Below, piece by piece: positions 58,538 to 64,000 of a stretch of DNA of 64,000 nucleotides. The stretch is taken from contig OX597820.1 of the NCBI GenBank assembly GCA_951406725.2, positions 39,990,001 through 40,054,000 on the forward strand. The letters run 5' to 3'. Each line of letters opens with the position of its first letter. The stretch's first letter is position 1. The notes below the pieces were generated by a model that saw nothing but the letters and a program-made list of their open reading frames with translations, made no database searches and was not told where the DNA came from. The stretch comes from Octopus vulgaris (taxonomy: Eukaryota). A program made the translations under genes and the position numbers.

Positions 58538-58908
58538 GTCCTGTGTGTATCAAAACACTCAAAATGGTTGTGGTTTCCAACAATTAGACATGATGTCGCT
58601 TGGTCAGAAGTGAGGGCCTGTGGCATTTGCTAAATCTATCGAATATGGTGTTGATAAAGGAAATCAAGCTATTTTCGTGCTTGTGATCTAGAAACATGTT
58701 CATCATTAACGGTAAGAGATTGGTTTCGTTTATTTGCTACTCCGTTTTTTGCGTATGTGAATCGTAGGGTTCGTCGTATTTGGAAAATCCACTTATAGAA
58801 AATGGAAAAAACAGTCTTTGACTGCCATTTCTAATTCCTCCGGTATGCGGCGAGGCAGCCTGCCGCCCGCCCTTTATTTATTTTCACTATATATATACAT
58901 ATGTATAC

Positions 58909-59041
58909 AACGGGCTTCTTTCAGTTTTCGCCTACTAAATCCACTCACAAACCTTTGGGCAGCCCGAGGTTATAGCAGAAGACACTTTTCCAATGTGCTA
59001 CGCAGTGGGACTGAACCCGGAACTATGTGGTTGGGTAGCAA
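58909..59041 (-). mobile_element. Family B SINE, 5'-truncated
   Basis: Close match to 4211-4345. Confidence 0.85.
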
Positions 59042-59094
59042 GTGATGTATATCTCGGAGAAACGTCTCACAGAGTAGTTAGTATATTTGTGTTT

Positions 59095-59145
<51 letters not shown>

Positions 59146-59531
59146 TGTGCTTGTGTGTGTATGTGTATAAGTTTGTATGTGTGTGTATAAGTTTGTATGT
59201 GTGTGTGTGCGCGTGTGCTTACGTACTTATGTGTGTCCGTATCTTTGTGTTGTGCTTATCATCCCTACCGGTGAACAACCGGTGTTGGTTTTTCACGAGC
59301 CCGTAAATTAACAGCCCAGCAAAAGTGGCCCAGTGAATAAAATATCATCTGAAAATGAAAATAAGATAAAACATACTCTGGTATATTTGTTAGACAAAGC
59401 TCACCAATGACCAAAGCAAGCAGAAGAGAAGGGATATGATATATACTCAACTATATACGTATAGAGATAAATAGATATATTTTTCGTGCCTCTAGGTGTG
59501 TGTCTCTGTGCAAGAATACTCCAATGCGTGA

Positions 59532-59579
<48 letters not shown>

Positions 59580-59922
59580 TTATGTGCGTATGTGCATGTG
59601 TGTGTATACTTTACATATATATATGTGTGTGTATAATGTATGTATGTATGTATGTATTTGTGTATGCATATATGTATGTAAGTATGCTCACCTAAATATA
59701 CTATCGAAACAGAAACGTCTTTCCCTCAAAAGATTTTGTCTATAGCCAAAGACATTAATTCGTTTAGTGTCAGTAGCCAAAGAAAGTAAAGCACTTATAT
59801 GTTTTTGCTATTCCCTAAACTCCCAATGGCAAACTAACACTTGCGACGACGGTAATTGAATATTTATCATTAAATTAGGTTAAAAGTGCAGCAAATATCA
59901 AAGTGATAAAGATGTCATCCGT

Positions 59923-59992
<70 letters not shown>

Positions 59993-60070
59993 TCAATAAA
60001 TGGTGGGGTTGTGTATATATATATACACATATATATACATACACATATATATATATAAATGGTGGGGTTG

Positions 60071-60102
<32 letters not shown>

Positions 60103-60393
60103 CATATTTATATATATATATATATGTATATAAATATATATATATATATAATACATACATATATATATGCACACTCACATACTCACACAATTATTTATGT
60201 ATATATATAATTGTGTGTACATATATCTGTTTTTCTTTGTGTTGTTTTTCTGTATCTATGTGTGTATTTCCGTGTTGATATTCTTGATGCGATTGTTTTA
60301 TATACTGGTGTAAATATGCGTCTCTTTCGTTCGTACCGATGCGAATGTATCAAGGAGGCTATGCAAAGAATTGCAAACACATACACACAGAGG

Positions 60394-60459
<66 letters not shown>

Positions 60460-61554
60460 GGTCAGTCAAAGAACTGGATAGTACCGTGGTAAAGAAACAC
60501 TTGAAAAATGCGGCCTTGAGAAAAAAGAAGATAAAATGAGGAATACAGAACAAATTAAAATTGCCGTTGCTGAAAGCATATTAAACTGATCTCATACATA
60601 AAATGAAGTTCTGAATAATTTTCTTACTTTCCTCTTACATTGCCGAAAGTGTATAGAGAAACAAACTTTATATATATATTCTAAACCCATTGTACTTTAT
60701 ATATACTCTAAACCCAACGAGATTTGTTATTGTGATCATTATTTCAACCATGTTCCCCCATATCAGCTGAGGAGGATGTTCGATATGGGATCCTGCCTTT
60801 ATAAATATTATGTCTAAACATGCTATCCAATGTAGCGAACATTGAATTTAACCTGCTGTTCATAATGGTCCAGGCTTATAATATTGGAGCCAAATTACCT
60901 TATATATACACTAGCAAAAATTATGGCGGTTTAATGAGCCCAGTCAATTTTTGAAGGCTTATGCGAAGTATTTTTGTTATACATCCAATATTGATTAATG
61001 GTTCGTAAAATATCATTCTGTAAGCAATGACATATGTAATTATATCCTTAGCAACATTTAGGTATAAATGATATATGAAGATTTACATCTAATTTTTCAA
61101 GGAAAAACACACACACATGCACAAGCTCAAATACGCATACTTTACACACGTGCTCACACACACGTGCTTACGTACACGCATGCACATTAAAAAGCCTTGT
61201 TGTTGGAGAAATGTATACAATGTAATCTCTGTTTTTCTGCATTTGATGTGCGAAAAAACAAAAGTTTCCTAAAGGGCCGTTTCAGAACTTGTTGGTTGCA
61301 TCACAGACAAGAAATACTCTGATTCCTTCTTCACTCAATGGTGAATATATTGTAGAATATAGACTGCAGTCATGAATTAGGATATCGTTGTTATGGCTAG
61401 CTTAATATTCTAAAATAAAAGCTGATACATTAATCCCACCAGTCGGAGCATCTCCGAAGGACCTACTGGTAAACTCCTTCTATATAATATATCAATATAT
61501 ATATATATATGCATGTGTGCGTGTATGTATGTGTATATACATATATAAATATAG

Positions 61555-61628
<74 letters not shown>

Positions 61629-62336
61629 ATGCATGTATATATATAGAGAGAGAGACAGACAAATATATGGACACACATATCTACCGAGAAAGTGGGACGG
61701 ACAGAAAGACTGAGAAGAATGTAGGGAGTGAAGGTGGGAAGGAAAAGAGAAACTGTCACTTAACAGTTCTTGATACAGAACGTGGTATCGAAATAACACG
61801 TTTCAATTACGTCAATGCAAATACGTCTGTATGTACCCCCGCCACAAAGGCTCACCCATGCTTACACACACTTCCATCTATCTAATTATGTATGCACGCA
61901 AGCACAAATTTATGTGTATGTATGTGTGTGCTCGTGTGTAATAATATTAATGTATCGTTGAATAAGAAAATATAAGCAGCTTATTTAAATTCATATATAG
62001 TGTGTGCATAATTTGGTTAATATTCTGTTGTAATACATTATATATTGTAATAATATTCAGTCTCTTTTGTACCAAATGAGTATTTTTGTACCAAATGAGT
62101 CATTTTGTACACATGGGAATATTTACATATGCACACTATTGACCTATACATGCAAATATCTGTTGTTCATTATCATTGTATGTGGCACGCTTAACATCAT
62201 ATTCTTCCTAAAACAGTTATTCGTAGGGATTACTGCGTCTTCATGCATCATGTATCGGAATGTGGAAACTTAAAAAAGGCAAAAATAATCCGAAGACTGC
62301 GAGGAAGCTTATAACGTTCATAGCTGACATATCTAC

Positions 62337-62403
<67 letters not shown>

Positions 62404-62424
62404 GTACGTGTGTGTGTATGTATG

Positions 62425-62466
<42 letters not shown>

Positions 62467-62558
62467 TGTAAGATTGTATGTATATATGTATATATATATA
62501 TATATATACATATATGTAAGATTGTATGTATATATGTATATATATATACATGTATATA

Positions 62559-62593
<35 letters not shown>

Positions 62594-62685
62594 TGATAAA
62601 ACGGTAAGATAACAAAAGAAAGAAAGAGACCTCAATATTATGTAAATAGAGGAAATTTATCTATACAATATGTTACATTACTCGG

Positions 62686-62759
62686 TAGTCAAGATAAAAC
62701 TCTGAGTTTCAGATGCCGAAGTGGAAATCCACAACACCATCTCTTCGGTTATCTGGCTA
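62686..62759 (-). ncRNA. Variant type-I hammerhead-like motif in the pLTR (mirror copy on + at about 63612-63685)
   Basis: Minus strand: TAGCCAGATAA-CCGAAGA-GATG...GTGGA TT TCCAC...CATC-T-GAA-ACTC A GAGT-T-TTATCTTGACTA. Stems I, II and III can be drawn; the core has U4>C. Confidence 0.55.
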
Positions 62760-62948
62760 TTTGAAAACGTTATGAAAAAATACCGTTAAAAATGAAGGGA
62801 AATTACTCTGTTATAACTCTGCTTTGCCTGCGTACTTATACATCGCTCGCATTTTTCGTCATAAAAATTATATAAAAATACATAAAAATATATAAAAATA
62901 TATAAAAATATATAAAATCTTCTTGGGACATAACACAGAAAGCATGTT

Positions 62949-63590
62949 CTATCCGTTTTCTTTAGGGGACCAAAAACGTAACAGAAATTTAGTCACATGT
63001 GGGCATGATCCGAAAAGCTCTGTCCTTGTATTTAGACATGTGGTAGGGTCTAAGCTGCTTTTCCAGATAAGCCATCTCTCCATGTCGCATAAACCGCACC
63101 TTCCGCTGCCGTTAGTATAGGGCTTACATCTGGCCAAAATCTTCCATTGTATGTTATAATCGACACCTTTATCTCTTAAAGACCAAATATGATTGGATAA
63201 TTGTGTCGCTTTTCTTTTGTTCCAGTGCCTAAAGCTCAAAGTGTGGTTATTGAACCTGGCCTTGAAATTACCCTCTGTCAGGCCCACGTATTTCTTCGTC
63301 GAAACGGTGTCTTTAGTGGTTATAGAGTTTACGGTAGCTTCATATATGATGGTCTTGGACATGCAAGCTCCATTTAGCGGGCACAATTCTTTATTCCTGC
63401 ATGAACAGCTGTTTTCTTCTTGTGTTTTTTGTATGTTATGATTGATTATGTTTTTAAAATTGGTAGTTGAACTAAAACTAATTTTTAAATTGTGTCTATT
63501 GAAGAGTTTCCTATAAACATGGTTAACTGGAAAATGTCTATCTATCAGTGCTAGGAAATATTTACCTATATTGAAGGCCACCGTGGGTAA
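62949..63590 (-). CDS. C-terminal part of a Penelope-like polyprotein: post-RT linker, Cys-rich motif and GIY-YIG endonuclease
   Basis: NIGKYFLALIDRHFP, FNRHNLKISFS, CSCRNKELCPLNGAC, IIYEA...KYVGLTEGNFKARFNNH, TQLSNHIW, CGLCDMER, LNTRTELFGSCPH; the frame is uninterrupted. Confidence 0.9.
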   Translation of the reverse strand, partial: LPTVAFNIGKYFLALIDRHFPVNHVYRKLFNRHNLKISFSSTTNFKNIINHNIQKTQEENSCSCRNKELCPLNGACMSKTIIYEATVNSITTKDTVSTKKYVGLTEGNFKARFNNHTLSFRHWNKRKATQLSNHIWSLRDKGVDYNIQWKILARCKPYTNGSGRCGLCDMERWLIWKSSLDPTTCLNTRTELFGSCPHVTKFLLRFWSPKENG

Positions 63591-63701
63591 TTTTTTCATA
63601 ACGTTTTCAAATAGCCAGATAACCGAAGAGATGGTGTTGTGGATTTCCACTTCGGCATCTGAAACTCAGATTTTTATCTTGACTACCGAGTAATGTAACA
63701 T

Positions 63702-63758
<57 letters not shown>

Positions 63759-63763
<5 letters not shown>

Positions 63764-64000
63764 TAGATAAACTTAGATATGTTTCGACCAAAGATTGGTC
63801 CAGGCCATGTCTAACTTAATAGCACCACCTGATAGGATCATTCGAATCCTGTTTAAGTCAAGTTTTGTTCAAGTAGTGAGTTCTTGTTGGGTGAGTTGTA
63901 TCCAGTTTTGTTCAAGTAGTGAGTTGTTGGGTGAGTTGTATCCAATTATGGGTGGCTTATCTGGTATTCTTTGAAGGAATCTATCCAGACTCTGTTTAAA
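63759..64000 (-). mobile_element. 3' end of a CR1/L2-group-like LINE; continues beyond the window
   Basis: The minus frame FKQSLDRFLQRIPDKPPIIGYNSPNNSLL resembles ORF2 C-termini of this group. 3' stem-loop gaccaatctttggtc and (atctaagttt)2 tail; internal ~42-bp tandem duplication at 63861-63943. Confidence 0.7.

Larger units (their letters stand above)
62593..63709 (-). mobile_element. 5'-truncated Penelope-like retroelement with an inverted partial pseudo-LTR, inserted in (TA)n
   Basis: GIY-YIG ORF. 62662-62784 is the near-perfect reverse complement of 63586-63709. Both ends abut (TA)n. Confidence 0.92.

Noticed and set aside
63591-63650. N-terminus MEIHNTISSVIWLFENVMKK of the 233-aa ORF
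   Set aside because: It comes from the inverted pLTR copy and starts at GTG; a chance in-frame extension rather than a native start.

Overview
AT-rich, microsatellite-saturated eukaryotic DNA, mostly intronic or intergenic. The SINE families and repeat landscape match what I recall of Octopus (coleoid cephalopod) genomes; this is an inference, not a search result. Almost all listed ORFs are translations of (TA)n, (CA)n or (TATC)n tracts. The recognisable protein remnants are all transposon-derived: a decayed Helitron Rep/PIF1 helicase (35.1-36.4 kb), a CCHC zinc-knuckle fragment abutting it, a decayed DD34D mariner (36.8-37.8 kb), a young 5'-truncated Penelope-like element with an open GIY-YIG frame and an inverted pseudo-LTR (62.6-63.7 kb), and a LINE 3' end at the window edge. 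The window also holds many tRNA-derived SINEs, three copies of a ~420-bp TIR MITE with internal TTAGGG repeats, and two foldback structures. The two most interesting signals are (i) several hammerhead-ribozyme-like cores in short inserts next to (TA)n/(TTA)n tracts and (ii) a candidate plus-strand gene of very small same-phase exons at 45-48 kb that the ORF track cannot show. No host gene could be identified with confidence.
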